Source: the human T2T-CHM13v2.0 reference genome, Homo sapiens
Length of the DNA stretch: 64,000 nucleotides
Strand: one strand, 5' to 3'
NCBI RefSeq assembly: GCF_009914755.1
Contig: NC_060944.1
Part shown: in pieces, positions 50,245 to 64,000 of the stretch
How the letters are laid out: each line of letters starts with the position of its first letter
Numbering within the stretch: the first letter of the stretch is position 1
Notes under the pieces: generated by a model
What the model saw: the letters and a program-made list of their open reading frames with translations, nothing else
What the model was told of the DNA's origin: nothing
Database searches by the model: none
Position numbers and translations under genes: made by a program

Positions 50245-53089
50245 TCTGTTCTGACATTTTTATTTGATTTTATTTTTTCAGCCAATAATTGCTTGAGAGC
50301 ACCTTAAAGTCCAAGTGTTAAGGACTTTTTGTTTTGTCATAGTGCTTTTAAATTCTAGCTTTATTATGTTAGATCAGATAACGGTTGTACTTTTGACTTT
50401 TAGCATTTACTGTCATTTTCTTTTTCTGTTTAGACCCCTTGTAAAATCACATTTTGTGACTGTTCCATGGGCATTTGAGGAGGTTTAGACTTTGTTTTCA
50501 GGGTGTATTATCTGAATCTGTTGAGTAAACAGCCCTTATTAATTATGATATTTAAGCCTTCCATGTCTGCCTTACATTGTAGAGGTACTTTGAAGACTCC
50601 CACTATTGGCGTCTAGTTCTCATTATACGTCTTGTAGTTTTCACGTTATTAATGTGGTTGCTATGTTATTTCACAACTATCAAGCTGTGTTCTTCACCCT
50701 TTAGCATTTTAAGCATCTTTCTTTGTTTTGATTAATGATGTTTGGCACGGATTCAATTTAATCTGATGTTAAGATAAATAACCTGTTTTCTGTCTGAAAA
50801 CAAAGGCTAGTTTATACTTTGCACATACTTCTATGTTCAAATTTTAATCACTAATTTTATTCACATGTCTTGTCACAGAATAAAGCTGGGTTTTCATTTT
50901 AATAGATGATTTCATACCATTTGCTCTTATTGAAATGACAGTTATGTTTAGTTTTAGTTCTGTCATTTTATATTGTTTTCCTTTTTATAGCTTAAAATTA
51001 TTTCTGTATGCTCTGTTTTTCTTGTACAATTTTCTCTAATTATAAAGAAGATTTGTATTTTTATTTCAGTGGATTGCATTTATAAACATGGCTTTCCACA
51101 ATACCTTTTATTTTTGGACAGTGTTGCTTAGTTGCCGATTATTAGTAACGACCTAATTAACGTTCTTCTTCAGCCCCCACTGTCATATTTCTGGTCCTCC
51201 ACCTGAGTTTAATTGATTACCATCTCTTGTCTATTGCTAAATCACTTATATATGTATTCTTTTATATGTATTCTTTTATTTACAGTTTTAAATATCCTTA
51301 GGGCACCCCTCTTTTTTCTCCTTCCCCCCTGACTTGTTAATTGTGCCACTGGTTCATTGTTAGACCCAATGACATCTCCATTCTAGTCTGTCACTCTAGT
51401 TTCATGGACATGTGGTCCCCCAAGCTCACTGTGGTCTCTGCCTTTGCCTTGTCATTCACTAATTCCACATTCTACAAACAGCACTACGAAATGTTGAACG
51501 GAATAGGTCCTGTCATTTAAATAGTATACACCGTGCCTTTATACATACGCTGTTTGGTTTCTTAAAGTGAAAGATGTCTGATAGATGGAAACCACGCTCA
51601 CATCTCACAGCCCATGCCCAGATGGCTGCTCCCTCCTGGAGACCTACCTGCTGCTGGGGTCCTGCTCCCTAGTTCCTTCTTGCTGGCTTCTCTTCTGCTC
51701 ACTCTAAGATCCCCTTCCCCACCAGAGGGGATAAATCTTCAGTTAAAATACAAGATGGCCCTAGGAAAGTCCTCTTGACTAATTATGAAGGGCAGTCCTG
51801 TTAGGCCCCAGGGACAAACGTCCTCATCAGACCAGGCCCTGGACCTGCCCTGCATAACCAAGGCCCCTAAGGTGGTTTCCAATTGGTAAAATCAAATTTT
51901 AAAATTATTTCACCCAAAATTTAATTTTCCACCTTGCCTTGTAATGAAATAAGTCTTTCAAGAAGCTTTTTGTAGAAACATGACATCACTTCTGCTGCAG
52001 AAAAGGGAGAGGAGAAAGAGGACAGAGGGGAGGGGGAGGCAGAGTGTGGACGCCAGAGGCTTCCCAGGCTGTGCAGGAGCCACCCCCTCAGACCTGAGGC
52101 TCACCACCAGCTCAGCAACCATGCACGGCTTTGAAGGCGGAACCAAGGAAAAAGATGGCCCCCCAAAAAGCACAGATCAGCCTTAAGACCTGTCCTAAAA
52201 GTAAAACTCAGAAAAAGAGGATCTTTTGAATTGCGGATACATGCTTTTTCTATCTCTGAAAGTGATGTTTCCGGCAGATGGTGTGGGCTCTGTGATTATT
52301 TTGCTCCCATCCCTGTTTCTCAGCAAATAACTTATTTCCTTAGGACAGGAAGCTGACTTTTATTTTATGCTTTTGTATATAATTATTGGGATATCTCATG
52401 TTAAAAAGAAGGATGTGGCATTGTTCACATCAGAGGCTGGAATGTCTGACAATCCCCAGCCATCCTGAGGGTGTGCGAGGGAAGGACTGGCAGGGGCTGC
52501 AGAGACTGAGCAATAAATGCAGAGCTTCTGTTTCCAAACAAGCATTATGGCATTTATTTGTGATCACTGAGATGGAACCAAACAGTGCGGATATTTGAGG
52601 GGAGTTTGTTTTGTTTTGTTTTTGGCAGACCCGTGTGCACCGTGCCTGGGCGGTGAGTCCCCGCATCTCAGGGCTTTGGTGGCTCCCTGCCATGGGATAC
52701 AGGTGGTCCCCATGCAGTGCAGCCTCACAGACCTTGTCTGAACTCTCCAGTAGGAAGGTGTCCTTTCTCCTCTAAACTGCCATAAATTATTTGAGCTTAC
52801 TGCCCATTCTTATATTTTCCTGATTTGGTTAGCTCATTCATTCATTCAGCTTATTTCATGCCTGATAGTCCAAGGACTCCCACACAGAGTTCCCTTGCAA
52901 TGGCCCAGATGTTGAGGAGGAGCCTTTTGCTACAGCTCCCACAGCAGAACCTGCCTGGATTCTGACTACCAGCACAGAGGGCTAGGCTTTGGAGTAAAGC
53001 CAATGTCCACAAGGGCAGTTCTCCATAGACGGTGGCTCTTAAGGCACATTTCCTGCAGTATGACTGCAGGGAAGGGCAGCAAAGACACA

Positions 53090-53872
53090 TGCCGATAAGA
53101 CCCCTCCACTGTCCTTGCTGCACCACCCTGCCTGCCTGGTACGGAAAGGCCAAATATCCACTCAGAGGTTTGCAGTGGGACAAGGAAGACATTTATTTGC
53201 AGGGCAACAAGAAAGGAGAATCAGGCAGCTCCTGCTTAGGATCTGACCTCACGAATGGCTTACAGCTAAGGGTTTTTAAAGGCAGGGAGGCAGAGGTCAC
53301 AGGCACAGTCCTAAATCAATACATGGAGACCCTACGTTGTTTTGACCTAAAGACGAAGTGGGGACTCACAGGTCATAGTCATAGGAGGAGTCAGATTTTC
53401 TGATTTGTGATTGGTTAAGAGGGCAACACTTTGTTTAAAATCTGGGGGTCAGCAGAAAAGAACGTTAGCTCTGGCCTGTGGCCATGACCTCCTCCAGGCT
53501 CCTTGGAAAGAAATTCTGGTCAAAGAACAGCAGAGTTCAGTCCTCAGCTCCCCTTCCCTGAGGCCCAGGTGCCAGCAGACGACATTTTCATTTGATGAGG
53601 CCCAGATTTGTGAGAACAACCCAGGGTTGTATGTTAAGATGTTCTCTTTAGTTCCTGTAGGGAACCGAGCATCTCATGACAGGTGACTCTAACTTCCTTC
53701 ACTGTTGTTTTAAGCTACTATTACATTCTTGCTTATTAAGTTGTTCATTCACTTCTCAAGGCTGGCTGGGTGCCTGGAATGGCCCTTGAAGAAACTCAAG
53801 ATTTTCCTTTATTTCCATCCCTGGGGGATGGGTGCCCAGCATGCCCCTAAGAGGGGTTCCTACTCCAACTCA
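53090..53872 (-). mobile_element. MER39/MER34-family ERV1 solo LTR
   Basis: Reverse complement starts tgagttggagtaggaacccctcttagggg (cf. recalled TGAGAC.GAGCAGGGACCCCTCTTAGGGG); AATAAA on the minus strand near 53192. Confidence 0.7.
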
Positions 53873-53899
53873 CCCTCTTTTAGGTATGGTGAAAACAGC

Positions 53900-54080
53900 T
53901 AAATAAAATCAAGGTATTTTGGTTCAGGCAAACTCGGTGTGAATCTTTAACATGCTTCCTATTCAGGTTATGCTGCAGGACAGCTCATTCCTTAGCCTCA
54001 GATTCCGCTCCATAAACCACCTCATAAGCCACCTATAAAGGTGAATGATGGCCTACCACCTGCTATGACAATACATTTAG
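53900..54080 (+). mobile_element. MIR fragment
   Basis: tttggttcaggcaaactcggtgtgaatc...ttagcctcagattcc. Confidence 0.45.
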
Positions 54081-54177
54081 TCCTCCTGTTGTCTTCCCCA
54101 AATTCCAACTTCTCCAGAGCCCCATAAAGTCACAGGTAATTCAGCTAAAAGCCTGCAAAACAGCAACCCTGGGGCAT

Positions 54178-54860
54178 TTTTCTTTTGAATTAACTTTATT
54201 GAAGTATGATTCATGTACCCTCAAAAGCACTCATGCTAACGGTATAGCTTGGTGACTTCAGATGAGTGGTTGTCTATGTACCCATCCCCACAGTCAAGCT
54301 ATGGAGCATGTCACTGCCCTAAATGATCTCATGCCACTTTGCAGTCAGTCCTCTCCGGGTAACAAGGGATCCACTTTCCTTCACTGCGGATTAGATTTGA
54401 GTTTTCCAGAATATCATGTCATGGAGTCCTGTGGCATGTCTACTTGGTGTTGCTGTGCAATATATCAGTAGCTTGCTCCTTTTACTGCTAAGTAAGATTC
54501 CACTGTATGAATCAACAATGTGTTCACCCATTCACCTGTTGGTGGACATTAGAGTTGTCTCCAGTCTGGAGCTATTGTGGAAAACACTGCTATGAACATT
54601 TGCATGAGCTTTTTGTGGAACATGCTTTCATTTTCCTTTAGCAAATACCCAGGAGTAGAATGGCTAAGTCATATGGTAGGTAGATGTTTAATTTTATAAG
54701 AAATAGCCAAGCAGTTTTCCAAAGGAGCTGCACCATTCCCCATTCTCCAGTCTCCTGGCAGCACAGGAGTGGCGGGGGGAGCTCTGTGGCCTCATCAGCG
54801 TTTGGTTTCTTGGGCTGGGGCTTTCTAGTTTTTGCCCTTGTAGTGAGTATGTAATGGATT
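54178..54860 (-). mobile_element. L1MB/ME-type 3' end
   Basis: actttattgaagtatgatt...cccattcacctgttggtggacatt...aaatacccaggagtagaatggctaagtcatatggtag. Confidence 0.85.
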
Positions 54861-55299
54861 CTTCTATCTCTTCACCTTTACCTTTTTTTTTGAAATCTTA
54901 CATCTTGTGTTTTGTTAGGGAAAGTTGGCAAAGGGGCAAATGCAAAGCTGAGAAACATGCTTCTCTCTCTGAGAATCTAAAATCCAAAGAAGAAAACTGA
55001 CAACACACTGGGAAGGCCACCGCAGCAGAGCAGGAAACACGCTGCAGAGCAGCTCCAATGCCTTTCCTGGAAGGAGACACAGGAGGGAGTTCTTAGTTCC
55101 CACAGGAAGCATTAAGAGAGGCTTCGCAGAGGAGAGGGCCTCTGGGCTGGGCCCTGAATGACACAGAGGTCTCAGCAGGCCAGACAGGGGAATAGACTGG
55201 GCAGGGCGTCCCATGCTGAGAGAGCCCTGGAAGCAAAGGAGCTGAGGTCAAAGTGTCCTAAGTGTCTGGGGAGCCAAGGTATCCTTGAGCGGCTGGTGT

Positions 55300-55960
55300 A
55301 TAGAATGCTAACATTTCCCCAGCCCATCCCTGGTGAATTTTAATATTGTTTGAGGTTATAACAAATGCCTCTTCCTTAAAATCTGCATGCCTTGAAAAGT
55401 CACTGCAAATGAAATAGCTGGCACATGTTAAGCACTGAATAAGTGGATGCTGGATGAATGAATGCATGAATTAAAGGACCAGATGCCTGAACATAGAACA
55501 ATGTAAGCAGAAGGTTTGGAGACAGTGCAGATGAAACGCTCGGGGGAGCGCAGAGGAGAGGAGATACACTCCTGCTAGAAAACTTAGAGACAGCTTTTCA
55601 GAGAATGGAGCTCTCTGGGTCTAGTTTTAGATCTAAATGTAAGGAAGGAAAAGCATTTAAGAGACAGAGAACAGCATAAACACAGTTTCATAGGTAGAAA
55701 CAGGCCCAGGATAGAGCATTATTTGTTGCAAATGAGGGGAAAATTCTATTTTTAATGTTTTCCTTATCTACATGCCAACCACAGTATATAAGGAACTCTT
55801 CTGTGTGTCTTCACTGATACGGTATTTAGTTTTTAATTCAACAGGCATTGAAGTCAGTGGCTGCTATGAGCTGGCACTGGCAATATAATAGTTCACAAGG
55901 TATGAGACTTGCCTTCAGGGAACCTCCAGCCCTGGAGAAGCAGTGGAATAAAGAAAGAGT
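55300..55960. mobile_element. L2/MIR fragments
   Basis: gcacatgttaagcactgaataagtggatgctggatgaatgaatg (L2 3' end, +) and aattcaacaggcattg...tatgagctggcactg (L2, -). Confidence 0.55.
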
Positions 55961-55965
55961 CTTAT

Positions 55966-56320
55966 GAAAAAATATGAAATCATGTCCTTTGCAGCAACAT
56001 GGACACTGCTGGAAGCCCTTATCCTAAGTGAAATAACACAGGAACAAAACCAAATACCACATGTTCTCACTTATAAGTGAGAGCTGAACATTTGGTACTC
56101 ATGGACATAAAGATGGAGATAATAGACACTGGGAACTACTAGAGGTGGGAGGGAGAGAAGGAGGCAAGGGTTGCAAAACTATCTGTTGAGTACTATGCTC
56201 ACTACCTACCTGATTCATTCATACCCAAAACTTCAACGCCACATAGTATACCCAGATAATAAGCCTGCACAGGTGCCTCCTGAAGCTAAAATACAAGCTG
56301 AAATTATAAAAAAAGAAAGA
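55966..56320 (+). mobile_element. L1PA/L1PB 3' UTR fragment
   Basis: tgaaatcatgtcctttgcagcaacatgga...atgttctcacttataagtg...A-rich tail. Confidence 0.9.
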
Positions 56321-56420
56321 AAAAGGAAGGGAAAGGAAAGGAAAGGAAAGGAAAGGAAAGGAAAGGAAAGGAAAGGAAAGGAAAGGAAAGGAAAGGAAAG
56401 GAAAGGAAAGGAAAGGAAGA
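56321..56420. repeat. (GAAAG)17 pentanucleotide repeat in L1 tail
   Basis: Perfect GAAAG units 56331-56415; source of the KGKER/FPFLS ORFs. Confidence 0.97.
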
Positions 56421-56839
56421 GGCTTAAGCAATCAAACAACTTTGTGCATAGGAGCTGGCGGGGACCTAGGAGCTAAGTTCATGCAGGGCCCTCCTTTACG
56501 ATGTGGAAGCGTCAGTGGTAGAGGAGCCAGAACCACCCATCATTGTTGGCTAAAGAGCCATTGGAGGATTGGGCTGCAGAGAGCCAGCACTGGGAAATTT
56601 AGCAAATAGAAAACAGTGGCCAAGAACCCACTGAGCACAACCTATTCCCCTTGAAGCTGGGGTAGAGCTAAGCATGAATGAACTGCAAAGGCCAGAGGGA
56701 CAATGCCTGGGAGGGAGGCCCATCTGCCAGTGCACCAAGGACAAGCTGGAAAAAGTCCAAACCCCAGCGTTAGAAAGAGCAAGTCACACGTGTCATGAAG
56801 GACAACACACATCTTATACTTTGCCTATATATTTTGCCA

Positions 56840-57300
56840 ATGCTTCCATTATCTGTGGCTATATAACAATCCATTACAGAACTCGGCTTAGAACAGCAAC
56901 AATTTACTACTTCTCATGATTCTGTGAGCCAGGAGTTCAGGCAAGGGTGGCTAGGAAGATCTTCCTTTCCATGTGGCACCCACTGAAGCCATTCACTTGG
57001 TGGCATTCAGTTGGTGGCTGGGCTGGAAGTTTCCAGAAGGTTTCACTCAAAGTGTTTCATCCTTCAATAGTCTAACCAGAGCATCCTCACAGCAGGGTGT
57101 TTGGTTTCCCTACAGATGTGAGAGTGGTCACTGCCGGGCTTCCTAAGGCCTGTGCCTGGAGGAGTCACAACCTCACTGCCACCATGTTCTATTGGCCAAG
57201 CAGGTCACAGAGCCAGTGCAGATTGAAGGGCAGATTCCTCCAGGAGAAAGAAGGACCTGAGCCTGCATACATGGGTAGGGAGTAATAGTGGCTGACTTTG
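56840..57300 (-). mobile_element. MLT1-type MaLR LTR
   Basis: ggcttagaacagcaacaatttac...tctcatgattctgtgagccaggagttcaggcaaggg...ttctattggccaagcaggtcacagagccag. Confidence 0.78.
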
Positions 57301-57869
57301 ATCAAATATATGAAAGGAATTATGAGAATTTGCTGGTAGAATCCAATTATCACTTACATGTTTCACAGCCAACTCCCAGGGGAATAAGTGGGTCTTGTCT
57401 ATGAAGAAAGAGGATCTGTAAGAGATTTGGGGCTGCAATCCTAGCTTCCTAACGCCCAGGCCCATGCACTTCCAGCTTACATCAGTTTTTTGTTTATTTT
57501 TCTGGTCCATGCCCCACTGCAGCCGGCACTGTGTGGAGCAAGATGGAAAGGTCATGATGTTGCTACATAAATGCCTGTGTTTGGTTTATTCTTGTTCTTC
57601 ATTTTTTTTTTCTTGCTAAATACACAAATTAAGCAAATGAAAAAATAGACAAGACCCCCCTCCCATTTACTACCCCTCCTCCAAAAGTAAGTCTGACTTC
57701 TATTTACATGGATTAGTATTTATGAACTTTCTCTAAGTTGAGTCATTTACTGTGTACTCCTTTGTGTCCTTTTTTTTTCACTTGAACATATGTCTCTTCA
57801 CTAATCCAGCTGGTGCACAGGGCAGGAGTTGATTTTGTTTTTGTTGGTTTTGTTGTATGGAATTCCACA

Positions 57870-58425
57870 TAGGAATAAGCCTTTGCCTTCTGAGAGGTGA
57901 AGCCCTGGATTCTTCCATTTTATACCCAGCTGTGCTGCCCCTGAGAGTGTCCCCTGGGAGTTTCATTCAGTTTCCTAACTCCAGCAGTTGCAGTGGCAAA
58001 ACCCATGTCCCCACAGCCTGCACCATCACAGAGCTGGCAGCCAGGCCTCCACACCAAGAGGACTCTGCCTGGCATTGAAAGTCTGCTTTGCTCATGGCAA
58101 AAGGTGCCTGAGAATCAACACCTTCCCCCACTTGCCCTCAACTGCTGGCTGACGGGCATGGCCAAGAAGGCCCCAGCTCCCATGTCCCTCAGACTGATAA
58201 CCCTGAGAAGTCTGTGCCACACCAATAAACTAAATTTTCTGAGGGGTGTTAAGCTGCCATGGCCTATGGCTATACTTTTCTGGATAGCATGCCTTTTATT
58301 GGCCAGCTTCTCTTTCCCTTATCACTTCCCCACTGCCCAGGGGAGCTTCCTGGGATCACCTCCCAGATAACCTACAGAAAAATCCTCACCTCAGGGTCTA
58401 CCTCAGGAGGAAAACAAACTCACAG
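57870..58425 (+). mobile_element. LTR33/LTR16-like ERVL LTR
   Basis: ttttattggccagcttctctttcccttatcacttcccc...gcttcctgggatcacctcccagataa...cctcagggtcta. Confidence 0.65.
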
Positions 58426-58563
58426 ACTCTTAGACATGGAACGTCACGTGTGTGTGTGTGGACAGAAGCGCTGAAGCAGAAAAGCCGCTTCTGAGTGTGG
58501 TCCACCTCCTCCCTCTCCTTTGTGTCACCAAAAAGAACAACAAACTTTAGTAGACCAAGGCGT

Positions 58564-58564
<1 letters not shown>

Positions 58565-58594
<30 letters not shown>
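58565..58594. repeat. (GT)15 microsatellite
   Basis: Perfect GT run. Confidence 0.95.
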
Positions 58595-58596
<2 letters not shown>

Positions 58597-59019
58597 TTTT
58601 TTTTCTTTTGAAAAGCATTTTTTCCACAAGTTCCAGAGCCTCATGTCAGGGATGCATTTGATTTTGAGAAGCGAAACTCAGCTTTTCTAGCATAAGGCAT
58701 GCTTTAGGTTGACAAGATTTTGGTTGCCTAGAGATTATCTTGGTGATATGCTGACTGTTTTTTCATCTCTAAAGGAACTTATTTCGCTGTCCTTTTTTGT
58801 GAAATACTGAGAGCTCCCTACTTCTTTGGTTTTTGAAACTTGCCGGTACAGCTGTGTGTGGTGGCAGGGGTTGCGCTGCCGCTCGCCGTCGGTCTCCAGG
58901 TATGCGCAGCCCTCACTGCATAAACATTTCTTTTGATTTCTCTGCATTCTTATATTCCAGATATGTGTACATATTCACAGAAAGAAAAGAAGTACCATGT
59001 CCTCAAAACATAACTTTGA

Positions 59020-60220
<1,201 letters not shown>

Positions 60221-63200
60221 TTCTTTGTTTGTTTTAATCTAGAGACTTAGCAAACCAACAAGGGATTTAAATCAGGGAGGAAAAGCAAAGACAATAAGCC
60301 AAAAAGACAAACGTTTATGTAGCAGCTGCCCTAGGTTGTGATGATGAGATCATCAGATAAGAGCAGCTGAGGAAATTCAGTGTCAACATTCACAGTAGGC
60401 CTGAAGTCCCAGATGGATTCAAACAGAAAAGATAACCTGGAAGGTTATAGCAAGACAGAACCTATTGCATTTATCCACTTGGGGTGAATCGCTCTCCACC
60501 CCGTTTCTCTCTGTGCCACTGTCCTTCTTCATATTCTGAACAGCCCTTATCATGCTCCATGTTTAGATGATTTCTGCATTCGTTTGCACATGTATGTTTA
60601 TCTCCCAGCCCTTTACAGGTCTTTGGAAGAATAGATGTTCTTAACTTTAATGTAATCTAATTCATCAGTATTTTTCTATCATTTGCTTTTTGCTTTGCTA
60701 TCCAAAGATAGCAAATACATTTTATTGTATCTCGGAAACATATCACATTTTGATTTTAAGTTAAGTCTTCAATTCACCTTCTTGGCTAAAATGTGTCCTT
60801 TTGTACTTGCTAGTAATCTGTGACACAGATATGTCTTCACTGCACTGCCCCACTGTAGTGAATTGAAATAGGATGGTGACACAGAGATAGGGAGCTTAGG
60901 CATATCCTTTCCATCTGAAAACCTTTCTGAAGCAACACAGGACTTCAGTGAAACAGAGCCATGTGTGGGGAGACATGAAGGCGTTTTGCCAGTAACATGG
61001 GTCGGGCAGAGCTGACTAACTACAGAAGGTGGAGGACAAGTGAGGCTAACCTATTGGGGGGAACTGACCACATCTAGCAGCCTCTGGAGGCAGGAACATC
61101 GGGGATTTAAGAACCACTGTTTCCAATGCTCATGACGCTCGCCAGTCCATATGAAACAGATATATTTGCATCTACTTTTCATAACAAGCACAGGTATTCA
61201 AGTGCTAACAAAACTGCTGCATTTTAAATATGTTAGAAACATACTTGGGAATTAAATCCTGATTTTAAAGAATTTTAAAAATAAAAAGTGCACAGCACAC
61301 TTTGAAGAACTACATTGACTTGTGAAATGAGAAAGTGATAGGAGAGTTTGCCATGGGTTCTTCATTGACCCAAATAGTCCAAACTTACAGATGGCAATGC
61401 ACATATAGGTCACATTTTATCCATGCCTAAACATTTTCACCGACTTCATGGAAGCATGCCATCCAGAGGTCCGCAGTGTTGGTTATAAATGATTAACTGG
61501 AAGGGTAACCCAGGCTAGATGGAAAACCAGTGGAAATACATAGACTACTTGCACCTGTAAGCTAGAACCTGGAAGGAGATTGTGGAAACCCCAGCCTCAG
61601 GGCCTGGCTTCTCTCTTCACTGAACTTCCACAGATACCACGGGCCAGAGAACAATGGCAGATTGTAGGGTGCACCAGAATCTGAGGAGCTGTACAAAGAA
61701 ATTATTTTAATTAATAACCATGTACTTTCATGTGTATAAAATTGACACATTGAGGCTTTCTTTGTACACTAATCCTTTAGGGACTATTTAAAATCAAAGA
61801 TGTAGTTTTTGTAATGCCTGAAAGTCTCACACCTATGCAACTGCCTGTCTTACACTAACTTAAATATAACTTATACACACAAAGCCTCAAAACTTTATTA
61901 GCAAAAACATCAACAAACACGTTGAAATTCGTGGATTTTTATAGCCCTTTACAGTTTTCTTTTATTTTACATTTATATGTTTTACTTGATGATGACAGAG
62001 TTCAAAACCATGTTAAACGTTTTTGCAATTATATGTATTCCTTATCTATTGCGCCTACTACCAAAACCAACAATTTTGGTAAGTGTTGGATTCCAACCTC
62101 TCATAAATGCAACACACTGACATCACTGCATTTTCTAGCCCTTTGTTTCTGACTCCTCATTGGAGAATGTGTTCTAGTCCTCCGGTCAGCTCTGTTCCTG
62201 ACTCGTACGGAAATATGGACTTCCAGACTAATGCTTTGACAGTGAGCATTCCTCTCAACATCTGAAGCTCTGCTCTTTCTCCTACCATCTCGTTTTTAAA
62301 CGGCTGCAGCCTTAGTCACTGTTCACGTTCCCTTTTCATTTATAAGACACATTTCTTTCTTTACAGAATGAACACCCTCTGGCAGCCTTTAACAAAGGGC
62401 CATTGCCATTCCCAGCGTATATCTCCACCGTACGGTCTCTGCCACGTCATTCTCCCTGTCGGTGCCCGCGACTCTGCATCTCTCAGCAGCTCTGCGGGCT
62501 GCTCTGCCACTGCATGGTCCTAACAGAAGATCAGAGCAGGGGAACCCACCTGCTTTCCTTGGTCTCAATAGAAGTATATTTTCCTCTTTCCCAACATGTT
62601 TCATGAGCATGAGGCTTTGATTACCTGTGTGCACTTGGATTTTGCCACACATTTTCTCATGATCCCAGTTAATCTCACGGCAAATATTTTGAGCTTGGCC
62701 TTCCTATTTTTCCCGGTTTTACACATGCACAGCTAAGGATGAGGCATCTCAGCAGGAGGAGAGACTGCTCCAGGATCCCTCAGTTCTACAGTGATAAAAC
62801 CAACACGGGAACCCAGGGCTTTGGATGGCACCGCCCATCAGCCTTGTCCAGTTCTCACGCCTCTGCTTAGACACACAGCTCATCCTCTGCTGTTGGGCAG
62901 AAGGAATCCTATGAAAACTTCTGCAACCAGTGCTTAGGTGCAAGGACTTCGGGAACACTTTCTATCCATCAGTTGGATTTTACTGTGACAAAGGAGCTGT
63001 TCTGTTGCCCACAAAAACACTGATCCCCTTCATTTTTATCAGGTGTCAAAGTCTGGTGGGCTTCCATTTCTGTCTCTCCTTACAGTTCTGAATCCGTTCT
63101 GGGAAATGTAACTTTTGTGGTCTCTGTTTTAAGGGCTTATTTTGTTGTTCATTTTTTGTAGAACATATTGTTTTGCTTTATAGTTGTTTAAACCTATCAT

Positions 63201-64000
63201 CACATTTTTTCGGCAAAATTTTCTAAGTTATTCCTATAGTTCTGTTTGTCCTAGTTTTTCCCTCATATTTAACCTGTTTTTACATGATCTTCCATCTCTT
63301 TGAGTTTTTGTTACTACTTCATTTTCTGCCACTTTCGTTTTTATGTTAATGCAAAGGATACACTATTAATGAAACTTTTAACACCTGTATATCTCTCATC
63401 GGTTTTCTTTTCTAATGCATTGTGTAACCCCCACTACACCATGGAAGAGTTTCATTTCTTCAATATAAAGATAGATACCAGTCAAAACAGTGGAATCATT
63501 AATCAGTTTTGGCTGTGAAATTGGATTTTTTGAAGTCTTTGTATATTGAGACCATAGAATTAAAGGCAAAAGTAAGGAGAGAGAAAAGGATTTCTAAAAC
63601 CCAGAAGCTGTCCTTGTGTATCAGGAGCTAGAGCTTAGATGAGCCATAGGCAGGGAGAGCACGAGACATGATCCAGCAGCCTGAGTCGTAAGTAGAAGCT
63701 CCTTCCTGGTGAGTATGGAAAACAAAGTGTGGATTGCAAGAGAGAGGGGAATGGAAACCTGCTGGGATCCCCAGAAGGGCCAACACCCTCTCTATCCACA
63801 GGCTGCCCCCAGGAGAGGGAGGGTAAGGCCAATCAGAGGAAGCAAACCAGAGATTGAGAGGGAGCCAAGGATATCTGACAAGGCTCCACTTCCCATCTAA
63901 CTTTCCTTGCGGTGGTAACACAGCACTTGTAGTCCAAGCATGATGACCGTGCTGCTGGTGGTGCCTCATCCTTCAGTGGATGTGCACTTCATGTGGTTAC

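Larger units (their letters stand above)
48250..51130 (-). mobile_element. Ancient L1M ORF2 remnant, interrupted by two AluJ and (CA)n
   Basis: Minus fragments KINIQKSVAY, KNHFIISKDVDEAHDKIQ (cf. KNHMIISIDAEKAFDKIQ), TYQNIWEIANEGFREKFTA (cf. TYQNLWDAFKAVCRGKFIA). Confidence 0.8.

Noticed and set aside
51719-51733. CTCF-like CCACCAGAGGGG
   Set aside because: Lacks the conserved GGC(A/G) end of the core motif.
56171-56476. KGKER-repeat ORF
   Set aside because: Translation of the (GAAAG)n microsatellite and L1 3' UTR.

Overview
Primate, very likely human, intergenic or deep-intronic DNA. I found no protein-coding gene, RNA gene or CRISPR array. The ORF track is explained by Alu/L1/ERV remnants, simple repeats and chance ORFs. 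Much of the window is interspersed repeat: 14 Alu/FLAM copies, several L1 fragments, L2, MIR, an L3/CR1-like piece, DNA-transposon MITEs (MER47A-, MER33- and MER103-like) and many LTRs (MER41B, MER39/34-like, MST, MLT1, MLT2, LTR33/16-like). The most notable items are: (1) a complete MER41B solo LTR (4253-4883) with both tandem STAT GAS motifs intact plus an AP-1 site; (2) a 5'-truncated, decayed ERV-L provirus on the minus strand (~22070-27310) with gag-pro-RT-RNaseH-integrase-dUTPase remnants; (3) an L1MA insertion with a twin-priming 5' inversion (~31073-32422); (4) an unexplained exact 21-bp match 6.85 kb apart; (5) a CpG-retaining promoter-like patch with splice signals suggesting a plus-strand lncRNA near 58.4-62.6 kb; (6) an inverted Alu cluster and long simple repeats. 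I cannot support a new biological system from sequence alone. Repeat family names come from recalled consensus sequences, not a RepeatMasker run, and old-element boundaries are approximate.
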